From contig NC_058368.1 in assembly GCF_018350175.1 (NCBI RefSeq), positions 223,264,001 to 223,328,000 of the forward strand: a DNA stretch of 64,000 nt, in the 5' to 3' direction. This DNA is from Felis catus (taxonomy: Eukaryota). The stretch's first letter is position 1. The number at the start of each line of letters is the position of its first letter. A program made the translations under genes and the position numbers. The notes under the pieces are model-generated. The model had not been told where the DNA came from, searched no databases, and was given only the letters and a program-made list of their open reading frames with translations. This document shows, piece by piece, positions 26,853 to 39,840 of the stretch.

Positions 26853-27049
26853 TTTTTAAGTTTATTTATTTATTTTGAGAGACACAGAGATAGCACAAGT
26901 GGGCAGGGGGGAGGCAGAGAGAGAGGGAGACAGAGAATCCCAAGCAGGCTCTGCTAACAGCACAGAGCCCGACATGGGGCTTGAACCCACAAAATTGTAA
27001 GCCGAAAGCAAGAGTCAGACATTTAATCAACTGAAGCACCCAGGTGCCC
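26853..27049 (-). mobile_element. Can-SINE (older)
   Basis: gagaatcccaagcaggctct...cacccaggtgccc. Confidence 0.88.
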
Positions 27050-27625
27050 AGGCCACTTTTAATTATAAAATCTTTTTTTTTTTTTTAAGGTCAGTGAAAA
27101 TTGTTAACTCAAAATCAAATGTAATCTATTTCTGTCTTTATCCGACCCTTTCTCCTCCCATTTTTTTCTCTACCCTTCCCACATTCTCCATGCCTACTGT
27201 GCAGACATGAACTGGAGCTCACGTTCTCTAACTGAGTGGTATATACTATGCTCTTTAATTTTTCTTTGGTTTTTTTTTTTTTTTTTTTTTTTTTTTTGAC
27301 TCTGTAGCCTCCAGGATTGGGTATTAGGAAAGAATAGCCATTGACATAGACACACATTTATGTTGGAGGATATTACTAACTTTGCTTGGGTTTAGTCTGT
27401 TTCCATCAAAACACTCTAAGGATATGGTGGTCTCTGTTATTATGGTATTTATGGTTTTGGGCAATGAGTTTCTGCCTGACATCACATCCCATTTGTTTTT
27501 AAATCAATGTACTCTCTAAGTGTGTGATATAACCCCAGAATGTAATACAGTAAAATCAAGTTGAAGGTGTATGTGCCTATGTGTAATCTAGTGTGCACTT
27601 CTCTGAGGACCTGAATGGTGACAGA

Positions 27626-27850
27626 TTTTTTTTTTTTAATTTTTTTTCAACGTTTATTTATTTTTGGGACAGAGAGAGACGGAGCATGAACGGGGGAGGG
27701 GCAGAGAGAGAGGGAGACACAGAATCGGAAGCAGGCTCCAGGCTCTGAGCCATCAGCCCAGAGCCTGACGCGGGGCTCGAACTCCCGGACCGCGAGATCG
27801 TGACCTGGCTAAAGTCGGACGCTTAACCGACTGCGCCACCCAGGCGCCCC
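27626..27850 (-). mobile_element. Young SINEC_Fc
   Basis: Diagnostic tttttgggacag, gtgacctggct and ctgcgccacccaggcgcccc; many intact CpGs. Confidence 0.96.
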
Positions 27851-28388
27851 TAGATTTTTATAATGTATCTTTGGATGATGATTCTCTGCTTTTTAACATA
27901 TTAATCATTTTGGCTTCTCTAGTTTTCTCTACTTGGGCCGGTCCCCAGGTCACCATAAATAAAGCCAAAGAGTTGGACCTGTACAGAGACAGGAGGAGCT
28001 GGTGGTAAATTTGGCAAAAGGGATAGAAGGAAATCAGTCGGAAATCATACATAATTAATTTTTGTCCCAGTACTATGTACTAGTATTATTGTATTTCACT
28101 TGAAATATAATCATTTATATTGGTAAAATAATTAAAATGATATGGTAAACTGTAAATATGTATTTTGGTAAACTGATAATTTTCAATCAGTAAATAGGTG
28201 TTGGCTATGTCACTTACATGTATATTATATTTAATATCTGATATTTTAAGATAAGACACATTTTGATTAAATCACATTGATAGGACGATATGTCTTTCAT
28301 AAACTCAGCAAGTAAACCATCTTGGAATAGGTTGTATTCCAAGCTTTTGCTTTATACAAAGCATTTGAGGTACATTAGAAAAGCCATG

Positions 28389-28548
28389 AGGGCACCTGGG
28401 TGGCTCATTTGTTTTAGTGTCTGACTCTTGATTTCGGCTCAGGTCAGGATGTCAGCATTCAAGAGATTGAGCCCTGCATTGGGATTTGCTCTGACAGAGT
28501 GGACCCCCCTTGGGATTCTGTCCCCCCTTTACTCTGCCCCTCTCCTCC

Positions 28549-28610
<62 letters not shown>

Positions 28611-28658
28611 CTCTGGTTCTCACTTTCCTCTCTCTCAAAATAATTAAACATTAATTTA
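28389..28658 (+). mobile_element. Older Can-SINE, host of a nested SINE
   Basis: Head gggcacctgggtggctca and long (CT)n; outer TSD aaaagcca. Confidence 0.9.
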
Positions 28659-28671
28659 AAAAGAAAAACCA

Positions 28672-28879
28672 GGGGCACCTGGGTGGCTCAGTCGGTTAAG
28701 TGTCCGACTTCAGCTCAGGTCATGATCTCGCGGTTCGTGAGTTCAGGCCCCGCGTCAGGCTCTGTGCTGATGGCTCAGAGCCTGGAGCCTGTTTCAGATT
28801 CTGTGTCTCCCTCTCTCTCTGACCCTCCCCCATTCATGCTCTGTCTCTCTCTGTCTCAAAAATAAATAAACGTAAAAAA
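28672..28879 (+). mobile_element. SINEC_Fc inserted in the tail of the preceding SINE
   Basis: TSD aaaagaaaaacca at 28659-28671 and 28880-28892. Confidence 0.95.
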
Positions 28880-29130
28880 AAAAGAAAAACCAAAAGCCAC
28901 ATATTCGCTAAGACTTCCATAAATGTACAAAGATTGGTAGATCTTTATATAGATATTGGATCATTTTTCCCCTCATTTTGTCATGTGTTCCTTTACTTTC
29001 TAATTATCTTATGTTTGTACATTGAGTTCTATTCAATTCATGAAACTTTTTGTCAGATATGTTCCTAGCAGGGTTAGTAACAGGAAGTAATATCTGATTT
29101 TTTCTATGATATTGATTTCAATACTCTTTA

Positions 29131-29325
29131 AATTTTTTTTTAATGTTTATTTATTTTTGACAGAGCATAAATGGGGGAAGGGCAGAGAGAGGGAGACACA
29201 GAATCCAAAGCAGGCTCTAGACTCTGAGCTGTCAGTACAGAGCCCAACGCGGGGCTCGAACTCACAGACCGTGAGACCATGACCTGAAGTCAGTCACTCA
29301 ACCGACTGAGCCACCCAGGCGCCCC
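29131..29325 (-). mobile_element. Can-SINE
   Basis: Antisense head gagccacccaggcgcccc; aatactcttt on both flanks. Confidence 0.92.
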
Positions 29326-29494
29326 ATAATTTTAATACTCTTTTAGAATTAAGAATCAAATCATACCATGGAAATGTTTCCTCTGAATGGGTGGAGGGGT
29401 GGTGGCTAGGTGCATTTTTTATATGCTGAATACTTGCTTGGATTGTCTATTGAGGAGAAGGGCTCTGTGATTTATTGTCCTAACCCAGGCACTT

Positions 29495-31060
29495 TTTTTT
29501 TTTTTGCAAGTTTTTATTTAAATTCAAGTTAGTTAGCATACATGCGATATTATTTACAGATATAAAATTTAGTGGTTTATCACTTACATACAACACCCAG
29601 CACTCATCATAACAAGTGCCCTCCTTACATTTAACCCATCCCCCCTGGCCACCTCCCCTCCAAGAACCTTTATTTTGTTCTTTGTAGTTAAGAGTCTGTT
29701 ATCTGGTTTGCCTCTCTCTCCCCAACCCCTTTGTTTATGTGTTTTGTTCCTTAGATAACAATTATGAGTGAAATCATGGTATTTGTCATTCCCTGACTCA
29801 CTTTGCTTAGCGTCGTACACTGTAGCTCCATCCATGTCATAGCAAATGGCAAGATTTCACTCCTTTTTATGGCCGAGTAGTATTCCATTGTGTATACATA
29901 CCACTTTTTCTTTATCCATTCATCAGTCAGTGGACATTTGGGCTCTTTCCATAATGTGGCTATTGTTCATAATGCTGCTCTAGACATTGGGGTGCACGTT
30001 TCTCTTTGAATCGATATGTGTGTATTCTTTCAGTAAATACCTAGTAGTGCAATTGCTGGATTGTAAGGGACTTCTATTTTTTATCTTTCTGAGGAAACGC
30101 TGTACTCTTTTCCGGAGTGGCTGCATTAGTTCACTTTCCCACCAATAGTGCAAAAAGTTCCCGTTTCTCAGCATTCTTGCCAACATCTGCCATTTCCTGC
30201 GTTGTTATTTTAGCCATTCAGACACTTGTCAGGTTCTATCTCATTGTAGTTTTGATTTGTATTTCCCTGATGGTGAGTGATATTGTGAATATTTTCATGT
30301 GTCTGTTAGCCATCTGGATGTCTTCTTTCGAAAAATGTCTTTTCATGTCTTCTGACCATTTTTTAACTGGGTCATTTGTTTTTTGGGTATTGAGTTTGTT
30401 AAGTTCTTTATATACTTCCGATGCTAACCCTTTATTTGATATGTCATTTCTCATATATCCTTTCTCAAATATCCTTTCTCATTCCGAAGACTGCCTTTTA
30501 GTTTTGTTGATTGTTTCCTTTTCTGTACAGATTTTAACTTGATGAAGTCCCAATAGTTTAGTTTTGCTTTTGTTTCCTTTGCCTCTCTTGCTAGATAGAG
30601 GCATACCTAGTAAGAAGTTGCTACGGTCAATGTCAAAGAGATTATTGCCTGTGTCTTCCTCTAGGATTTTGATGGTTTCTGTCACCCATTTTGAATTTAT
30701 TTTTGTGTGTGGTGTAAAAAAGGGGTCCAGTTTCATTCTTTTGCATATCGCTGTCCAGTTTTCCCAGCATGGTTTGTTGAAGAGACTGTCTTTTTTTCCT
30801 GTGGGTATTCTTTCTTGCTTTGCTGAAGATTAGTTGGCCATATAGTTGTGGATTCATTTGTGAGTTTTCTATTCTGTCCCATTGATCTATGTGTCTGTTT
30901 TTGTGCCAGTCTTAATCACTACAGCTTTGTAATATAACTTGAAGCTTGGAATGGTGATGCCTCCAGCTTTGCTTTGCTTTTTTAAGATTGATTTGGCTCT
31001 TTGGGTCTTTTGGGTTCCATACAGATTTTAAGATTATTTATTTTAGTTCTGTGAAAAAGG
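29495..31060 (-). mobile_element. 5'-truncated carnivore L1
   Basis: Poly-T, 3' UTR and ORF2 peptides ([34 protein letters not shown]); degenerate TSD cccaggcactt/tccagacactt. Confidence 0.93.
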
Positions 31061-32309
31061 CTCAAATCCAGACACTTCTATTTATAGAAAGAGAAGATAT
31101 TAATACTGTTGAGATACCAGGGATAAAATGAGACTGTCCAGGGCAAATTGGGATCTTAGTACTCTACTGAGAAATCCCGCACCATTAAAAATAGGGGATT
31201 ATCTCTTGCTTTTTCCCCTGGTACCTTAAATGCTATCCTGCTTACCTGGCACCGAGTAGGCTCTCTGGACCTGTGTGCTTTATCCGTCTTGTCTTTGTCC
31301 CTGTAACGTTCTCCTGTCCGTCAGTATTGGACACAACTTAGTTAAATGCCTTTCTTCTTTAGAACCCTTATTGGTGTCCTCCAGTGCAAGACTGTCTTCT
31401 GAACCCAGCCTGAATTGAGCAGCCCCTAAATGCCTGCTGGTTTTTCCTAGGTGCTGGGTTTTGTAAGGACACATTTCCTTCGTGACTTCGATAATAATTT
31501 GATTATACTGATTGTGTGTTCTCCATGCACAATCCCCATTCCAGACTGATTGCTCTTGGAGCTTTAATATAGCAACGCCTCAAGGCATAGTTAGTCTTAC
31601 AGAGAAAAAATGCTCTCTGTGTTTTAAGAGACTTGATTTTTGTTTTCAAGAGCAGTTGTGGAGAACTCTAATCCACAAGTGTAGGCCTTACACAGCGAGA
31701 AGGTTTTTGTTTGTAGTTTTGTTTCCCCTGTGTACCTAGATCTGGCAAAGATGCCGCCAGCTACGGAGGGGAAAAGAACAAAAGAGGAAACATGAAGTTA
31801 GAAACTTGTGGTTGGGGTCTCTTTAATAAAATGATTGCTGTTATCCCGGAACATGGTCTAGGAAATAAAACCGTGAGAGGTAGAAACATTTGATGATTCA
31901 CTGGCAGAGGGGAATTAACCTGTTCCCTAGCCAGATCCTGAAGAAACAACAAATTTTGTCCATTAAATACCAACATGCCAAATCCTCAGTGCACAGAGCG
32001 CAGAGGTTGCAGTCAATATCTATTTCTTCATTCTCCTGCAACCCATGAGAGCTGTCAGAGATGAGCCAAATTTCCTACACCTCCAAAAGGAGCACAGTCA
32101 TAGCCCAGAGATACTGATGAACTTTGAGAGACGTTGAGGATACCAGGACTCCTACAAGGAGACCCATCCAGAGATACCCTGGGGATGTGGAATTCTCCAT
32201 GCAAACAAGTCACGGTATTTGCCTCAGCCTGGGAAAGAGATGACTCCCTGAGTTCCTGACACCAAGTCCTCTTCTGCTGTCCCCATCTGTCACCTTGAAA
32301 AGGGTAGAA

Positions 32310-32960
32310 GCCGGAGAAAGTGGAACCCTCTTGCACTGCTGGTGGGAGTGCAAACTGGTGCAGCCACTCTGAAAACAGTATGGAGGTTCTGGAAAAAACT
32401 AAAAATAGAACTACCCTGTGACCCAGCAACTGCACTTTAGGTATTTACGCAAAATACAGATTTGAAGAGGTACACGCACCCCGGTGTTTATAGCAGTATT
32501 AACAGCAATAGCCAAAGTATGGAGAGAGCCCAAATTTCCATCAACTGATGAATGGAAAAAGAAGAAATGGTGTATATATACAATGGGATATTACTCAGTC
32601 ATCAAAAAAGAATGAAATCTCGCCATATATTATGCCAAGTAATATAAGTCAATCAGAGAAAGACAGGTATCATATGATTGCACTCATATATGGAATTAAA
32701 AAAATAAAACAGATTAACATATGGGGGGTGGGTAAAGGGAAACAAACCACAAGAGACTCTTCATGATAGAGAACAAACTGAGGGTTGTGGAGGGAAGGTG
32801 GGTAGGATATGGCTAGATGGGAGATGGGTATTAAGGAGGGCACTTGTGGTGAGCACTAGATATTGTATGTAAGTGGTGAGTCACTGAATTCTATTTCTGA
32901 AACCATTATCACACTGGATGTTAACTAACTAAAATATAAAAATAAATAAAAAGAAAAAAA
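32310..32960 (+). mobile_element. 5'-truncated carnivore L1 3' end (sense)
   Basis: gaaccctcttgcactgctggtggg...gttaactaact plus A-tail; ggtagaa on both flanks. Confidence 0.9.
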
Positions 32961-33259
32961 GAAAGGTAGAATCCATAAAACACTATTTTAATCTGCACAG
33001 ACAGAATTTACCAGGATTTGACTAAAATCAGTATTGAAATTGATATTTTAAAACAAAAGATACATATACACATACAGATGCATTTTCTGTAAATTTGGCT
33101 ATAGGTAGTACATCGAGCAGCTTGTCACACTGAGAGAAAGGATTAAAAACTCAAAGACACCACATAGCTATAATTTGCCAGGTCCTGTGTTTGGCGTTTT
33201 ACATACATTATCTCATTTGTTCTTCCAAAGAACTCATATTTAACCTTATTCAGAATTCC

Positions 33260-33680
33260 CACAAAAGCGTGACTTGATTCAAGGGCTTGCAAACAGATGG
33301 TTTATTTTGTCATATGGTCCTAAAGAGCATATGTAGACAGTATAAAGAATGAGCCAGGGCAAGAAGAAAACCCAAGGGTGTCTTATGGAGCTGGCATTGT
33401 GGGAAGCTTCAGTGTGACCCAGCTGGGATTCCTAAGGAATTGTGGAGAAGGTACTTCAGGCTCATTTGTCCAAGGCCCAAGGACGGGAATGCTGTGTTGT
33501 CCATCACATGACATTTCCTCATTGGTTGTATTCTTCCTCAAGCTTCTAAGTTGGTGAGCTCGTTTCCATAGTGTCCACATGCAGGAGTGGCAGAAAATCC
33601 TGGGATAGAACATAAGACATATGCTGAGCATCTAAGGCAAGACACAGCTCAGTTGACATCTGAGCACAGCTGGCTGACAC
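33260..33680. mobile_element. Degenerate ERVL-type solo LTR (LTR33/LTR16-like)
   Basis: gatggtttattttg...gagccagggcaagaagaaaacccaagggtgtc...ttgtgggaagct resembles LTR33. Confidence 0.4.
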
Positions 33681-33743
33681 AAGAGCCAGAATAAAGTTTG
33701 ATCTAGAAGATAAAAGATATGATGCTAAAGTTATACTGTGGAT

Positions 33744-34300
33744 CCAGAGCTGGTTGCATGAACGTGGGTTCTGTGCTTAGAAGGACCTTGAACCTGAGAA
33801 TTAATACTCTGTGAAATTCCTATGAATGCAATCTTTGAATTTATGTTTTATAAGTGAGATTGGATGGGATGATGTAGCACACCCTGGGACTTGGAGTATC
33901 AGCTGTCGCTCGACCCCGCCTCCCACAGAGGGCCCATGACTTTGGTTGCCTGGTTGGGGCTGCCCACTCCCTTCCCTCTGTGCTCTGAGCCCCATGAGGC
34001 TTTATGCTCTCCCTCTTTCTCGTTCCAAGACTCTCACTACTTTCTGACTGGGGCAATAAATAAATCGCGTTGGTGGGTGGACGAGGGAGAATTCTGTCCT
34101 GTCATGGCCCCCTATCCCAGTGGGTGTCTGCTCATGGGCACAGAGAGGCTCCACATCAGGCCACCTCTGTATGTTTTGGGGAGGAGGTCAAGGCAGTAGC
34201 CATCTTCTCGCTGGTGGCAATGCCATGGATAGGACATTTGGTAGGAGACTCAGTGAGGTCTCCTGAACACCCTCAATCCAGGTACTAAGTACATCTCAGA
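33744..34300. mobile_element. hAT-Tip100 relic (MER45-like)
   Basis: cagagctggttgcatg...gcttagaaggacc...gaatttatgttttataagtgag...gatggga. Confidence 0.5.
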
Positions 34301-34379
34301 TTGTTTGAGGTAGCAGTCACACAAGATTCACCTGTTTGTGGTGGTTTGGGGCTGTGGAAAGATAGACTGACTTCCCCAC

Positions 34380-34533
34380 TGTATTAACCATGCTTTCTAA
34401 TTTCTGTATCTGATGATGTGTATCTCATGTTTTGATATCTGGGTATTTGATGACTAAGGAGGGGATGACCATTCCAAGTGCATTTTTAGTGTCTTCCTAG
34501 AGTTAGTAAAGGAGACTCTGGTTTTCATTTGCA

Positions 34534-34564
<31 letters not shown>

Positions 34565-34998
34565 CAAAAAAAAAACAGTGCAGACTCCGCTCCACCCTTC
34601 CCCATCTGCTTTATCTAGCTTTACACCCTAAAGTGGTGTTCTCCAGCCCAGATTATCCTGGGTCCCCAAACTAGGGACCCACTGAAATCTTTTAAGCTAG
34701 CCAGTGCTAAATCTGTTTAGCCTATTCACCCTGCCTTGCCCATTTTCCTAGAAAACCACAAGAAAAGCTTTCTAGCAGTTTCTCTTGAAATCTCTCTGCC
34801 TTTTTCTCTCTCAACAGCCAACCTCAGTGCTCTCTCATGTTTCTCTCCATGGTGCAGCATGTGCCCCCACCCCCCGCCAGCCACCAGACTGTTTAGAATT
34901 GTGAACAGTAAACTATCTTCTTAATGGCAGTGATTTCCTTACCTGTTGGCCTCACCACACCTGAATGCAAACACGATTCCCAAACACATTTTAAAATA
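34380..34998 (+). mobile_element. ERVL solo LTR (MER74/MER54-like)
   Basis: Begins tgtattaaccat; gttggcctcaccacacctgaa...cattttaaaata terminus. Confidence 0.65.
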
Positions 34999-35492
34999 TC
35001 CACTTGCTGAGGCTTTGCTGCATTTTCATTTTATCTTGTTCCCTGCAATTATGTAGCAAACTGCAGTCCATGAATGCTAATCTGGATGGGTTTATGTCCC
35101 TTGCTTAAGTCATACGTATTAAGTGGCAGGGCTCAGATTCTAGTCCAGTTATGTTTTCTTTGGAGTTTTCTTCTGCTGACACCACTCTGCCTGCACTAAG
35201 CACATTCACCCATGAGGCAGTTATATAATACGGGTTGAGGGAGTGAAGTTGGTAAATGGTGTTAAAATAAAGAACACATACACGTAAAGCAGATTCCAAA
35301 GGGTTAAATGGAAAGAACAAACTATCTACCATTAGGCCAATTTCCTCCTACCTCATAAGTGACTTTTAGTAAAAAGTACCTTTACCCTCTGCATCCACTG
35401 AAATAATACAACACATTGTATTTATCAATATATTGTTGAATCATATGTATGTACTAACAGAAGACCCCTCCTTGATATGACTTACACCATGG

Positions 35493-36330
35493 CTCTTGGG
35501 AGTGTAGGGGAGGAAAAAAATATTCTTCTTCTAACCTCTGAGGTTCTTGGCTGAGACATTTCCTGTAATAAACAGAAGAAAAATAAACAAAGTTTAAGAA
35601 CATATTGGTGACCTTTAAAAAAAATCTATTTTGCCAATAAAATGAGTTTGCCTGGGATTAGTTTAGTCATTGCAAGTTAGGACAAGCCAACTATGGCGAA
35701 CCATAGGCAAGTCTGGAGAACAGAAGAGAAGGGCTTGCTTTTGTGGAGGTAAGAAGGAAGTTGGAAAGGGATGCTTAAAAGAGTTCAAGGTGGTGACAGC
35801 TTTTCATTGCCTGAGTGTGACAGCTGGTCATCGGTTGGGCTGTTTCTGGGAAAAGAGAAATCGGTTCTTCTCGCTGGGGTATATAAAGTAAACTTTCTCC
35901 GGTTTGGTGCTAATGTGAGAGCTGAGTGGTAATGTGTGAAAGCGCCCGCTTCCGGGCTTCCCAGCACCCCTTTTTAGTAAGATTTCCTATATTTTCACAA
36001 TGTTTACCTCTTGTATACCTAGGAGATACCCAGGAAAACTGACTAGCCACAGTGGCTCAAGCCATCACCTTAAATACCATCTTCAACTAAAGACAAAAAA
36101 AAACGTTAGAGGAAAGTGGAGCTAGTAATCAGAAGTTACTGGGCAAAAACACAGTCAACAAGGCTATGGTTGTTACACAGACATAAATCCTGGTGTGTGT
36201 TTTTTTTTTTTTTTTTAATAAGATTGTCTGAAAATTTAGATCATCTTTTTCCTTCCTAGTATACTAATACTCGAAGAAGTTTATGTGTCTAAGTCTTTGA
36301 AAACTTTTCCTCCTCAGAACCGGAACAGAG
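35493..36330 (-). mobile_element. ERV1 LTR (MER34-like) with a second LTR-like insert at about 35605-36000
   Basis: tgtaggggaggaaaa...ttcttggctgagac; ggctcaagccatcaccttaaataccatcttc resumes after the insert. Confidence 0.5.
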
Positions 36331-36379
36331 CCTTGAAACATAAAATATACTACATGCCTTAAAACATGGTGTGTAGTTC

Positions 36380-36605
36380 GCAACAACTATGTGGCTCAGT
36401 AGGTTGAACTTCTGACTTCCTCTCAGGTCATGATCTCACGGTTTGTGAGTTTGAGCCCCGCGTCGGGCTCTGTGCTGACAGCTCAGAGCTTTGCACCTGC
36501 TTCTGACTCTGTGTCTCCAGCTCTCTCTGCGCCTCCCCCACTGACACTCTGTCTCTGTCTCTGTCTTTCAAAAAAAAAAATAAATAAACTTAAAAATATT
36601 TTAAA
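36380..36605 (+). mobile_element. Can-SINE
   Basis: SINE body; TSD-like catggtgtgta/catggtgtata. Confidence 0.9.
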
Positions 36606-38243
36606 AAGCATGGTGTATAATTGGAGGGGCAGGGCAGGCCAATATAAAAATGATACATTTTTTTTTTAAAGCAAATCATCCAAATAAGAATAAAATTCTC
36701 CGCAAATATATCAAAATTGCCTGCAAGTGTTATAACAGTTAAAAGACAAAGAAGCCAATGAGTCATAGTCAAGGATGGCAATGTAAGATAATGGGACTTG
36801 GGGATACTCTTTGAAGGATTTGGTTATGGAGAATGAACGGAAAATGAGGATAACGCATGAACAAGTATGCGATACTTGAGGTGCTCAAAGTTCACCTTAC
36901 CAAACCTGGATGTGATGGACTGACCAATGGAAAGAGTCTGCTTGGAAAATATTAGAAAATTAAGGTATTCTCTGTCACATCATATTTCAGAGATTTATTA
37001 ATTTAGGCAGGAAATTTTAAATTGCCAAATTATTGAAAGGATGATGATGAACAAATTATGGGAAAGTTCCAGTAAGGAGTAAAATGTGAGAGACACCTAA
37101 CTGAGCAAATTAATCTAAACCGTTTCTACCAACTGATAAATTTTTGTTGTTGCTGCTTTTGTTTCATTCCATGATATTGCAAGAATCTTTTGCTTGTAGC
37201 CAGTTTAGAGTCTTAAGTTGGAATTTGATTTGAGGTGATATTTCTAAAGATGACATTTTGTTATATCAAGATCTCACTTTTTAATATAATTTATTGCATA
37301 TGAGATTAAATAGCTTTTAATTTGTTTTAACTTTTGCATTGTTTGTCCTTAGTCATTTGATTCTAGTAAAGCAAAATGAGAAGTTGGTTGCTGGGCTTTC
37401 CAGTTTGGTAACAATAATGGTTTGATTTTATGTCATTTAAAAACGACAATTAATTTTGAATAGCTTATCAAACTTTAGCTCCATTTTCTTGCAGCATAGA
37501 CTTTAAAATTTGCATTAATCTCCTTGTTTCTGATAACATGGTTCTAATACAACCATCAGAAAAAAAATATAAGAACAAAAATAACATTCTGTGACTTTGT
37601 TATATGCTCAGGTAAGTAATGGTGTTGAGCATCCAGCCACCACTAGGCTTATTTCTTGATATCAGAACCAAGAAGAATTCCTAGAAGAATTTATAACAAA
37701 AAGTCAATTCTTTATATATGAGTAAATATATTTAAAAAGTCAGTTCTTTCTATATGAGTGAATATTATTATACATTGGAAATATAAGATCCTGGAGAATT
37801 ATATAAAGACTAGTTAACTTACTGTAGATTTGGAAATCTCATTAACAAGGAAATCACATGATACTCATACTAACATAAATATAATTTCACTAAATTTTAG
37901 GTTTTTAAACATTTGTATATTTCTGATCTCTCACTAAGTTATTCCAACTTAAAAGTGATTTCAGACCTGAAATTAAGTCCCTTATAATGAGAAAATAAAA
38001 ATCCTCCCCAGTAGAATTTTTCTCCCTAATCTAACTAAGGTATAAAACTTGTCATGGAGTCTGAGTTACTTAAGGTTTCTCAAGAGATATTTAAAGGTAT
38101 TTTTGGAATTTTCCTTATTAGCAAAGATTCTATTCTTGGTCAGATACTTTAGTTAAGCTGCTCACCTATTTAGTTTATTCCTGTCGTTTATCATTAAGAA
38201 AGTCATGATTTGCAACGTAGTGTCATTTAAAAATCTTGATCCT

Positions 38244-38440
38244 GGGGCACTTGGGTGGCTCAGTCGGTTAAGTGTCCAACTCTTCCTTTTGACTCAGGTC
38301 GTGATCTCCTGGTTAGTGAGCTCGAGCCCCACACTGGGTGAGGCCAGCTTGGGATTCTCTCTTTCTCCCTGGCTCTCTGCCCCTCCCCCACTTGTACACT
38401 CAGGCTCTTTCTCTCAAAATACATAAATTAACTTAAAAAT
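38244..38440 (+). mobile_element. Can-SINE with internal deletion
   Basis: TSD aaaatcttgatcctg at 38230-38244 and 38441-38455. Confidence 0.93.
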
Positions 38441-38812
38441 AAAATCTTGATCCTGAATGTTTTTTTTTTCTTTAGTATCTTGACTTATATTTGCCATAAT
38501 GCTCCTACCAGGCAAACAAATCTATGAGTATTTTTGAGTGCTCGCATGTCCCAAACACCACACCATGTGCCTTAAAGCCATTATTTGTTTTCCATGTTCA
38601 CAACACCCAGTTTACGTCAGCTGTATCTCCTCATTTCAAACTGAAGAAATTCAAACTCAGATTACTAGATAAAATTCCCACCAGTCCTAAGTGGTAGGCC
38701 AGCTTCAGTAATCATAATCTTAAACCACAGGGTTTAATTTTAAATGTTATTTATACTGTCAGTCACGAACAGTCGCAGAGTTGCCTGTACTTTGCGATCC
38801 AGGGCTAAGTGT

Positions 38813-38843
<31 letters not shown>

Positions 38844-39069
38844 GTTTTGCTCTGCTCAGAAGGGTACTTTGTAGTTTGTGGTTGTGTTAGTTTTCTAGGG
38901 CTGCTGTAACAACATACCATGACTTGGGTAGCTTGAACAACAGAAGTGTACTGGGTCACATTTCTGGGGGCTGGAAGTTCAAGTCACGGTTCTGATAGTT
39001 TTCTGTCTCCTGAGGCCTCTTTCCATGCCTGGCATGTGGCTACCCTTTCACTGCTTCTTCACAGGAAGA

Positions 39070-39299
39070 ATGTTTTTTAATGTTTTTTTTTTTTTTCTTA
39101 ATTCATTTTTGAGAGACAGAGAGAGACAGAGTATGAGCAGGAGGAAGAGCAGAAAGTGAGGGAGACAGAATCCAAAGCAGGCTCTAAGCTTTGAGCTGTC
39201 AGTACAGAGCCTGATGTGGGGCTCGAACCCATGCACCGTGAGATCATGACCTGAGCTGAAGTCAGATGCTTAACCTACTCAGCCACCCCGGTTCTCCCT
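39070..39299 (-). mobile_element. Can-SINE
   Basis: Antisense SINE body and head. Confidence 0.9.
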
Positions 39300-39374
39300 A
39301 AAAAGAAACTTCTTAAAAAGGCACTAATCATATTGTATTAGAGCCCAATCTAACCCCCTTTTATCTCTCTCTCT

Positions 39375-39585
39375 CTTTTTTTTAATGTTTATTTTCGAGA
39401 GAGAGTATTCATGTCGGGGAGGGTCAAAGAAAGAGAGAAGGGGACAGAGGATTTGAAGTGGGCTGCACACTGACAACAGAGAGCCTCATGCAGGGCTCAA
39501 ACCCAGGAGCCATGAGATTATGACCTGAGCCAAAGCCATAGTCAAAGTCTAAGATGCTGATTCAACTGAGCCACCAAGGTGCCCC
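39375..39585 (-). mobile_element. Can-SINE (older)
   Basis: Antisense SINE ending gagccaccaaggtgcccc. Confidence 0.85.
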
Positions 39586-39630
39586 ATAATCATCTCTTTA
39601 AAAAAGCTTACTCCCAAAGTTGTATTCTTC

Positions 39631-39840
39631 TTTAAAAATTTTTTTGATGTTTATTTATTTTTTTGAGACAGAGAGCACGAGCAGGGAAAGGGCCAAGAAG
39701 AGGGAAACACAGAATCTAAAGCAGGCTCCAGGCCTGAGCCATCAGCACAGAGCCTGATGTGGGGCTTGAAACCACAAACCGTGAGATCATGACCTGAGCC
39801 GAAGTCATACACTTAACTGAGTGAGCCACATAGGTGCCCC
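39631..39840 (-). mobile_element. Can-SINE
   Basis: Antisense SINE; TSD-like ccaaagttgtattct/ccaaatttatattct. Confidence 0.9.

Noticed and set aside
37696..37766. About 33-bp imperfect tandem duplication (aaaaagtcaattctttatatatgagtaaatat)
   Set aside because: Ordinary slippage-type duplication in AT-rich DNA.
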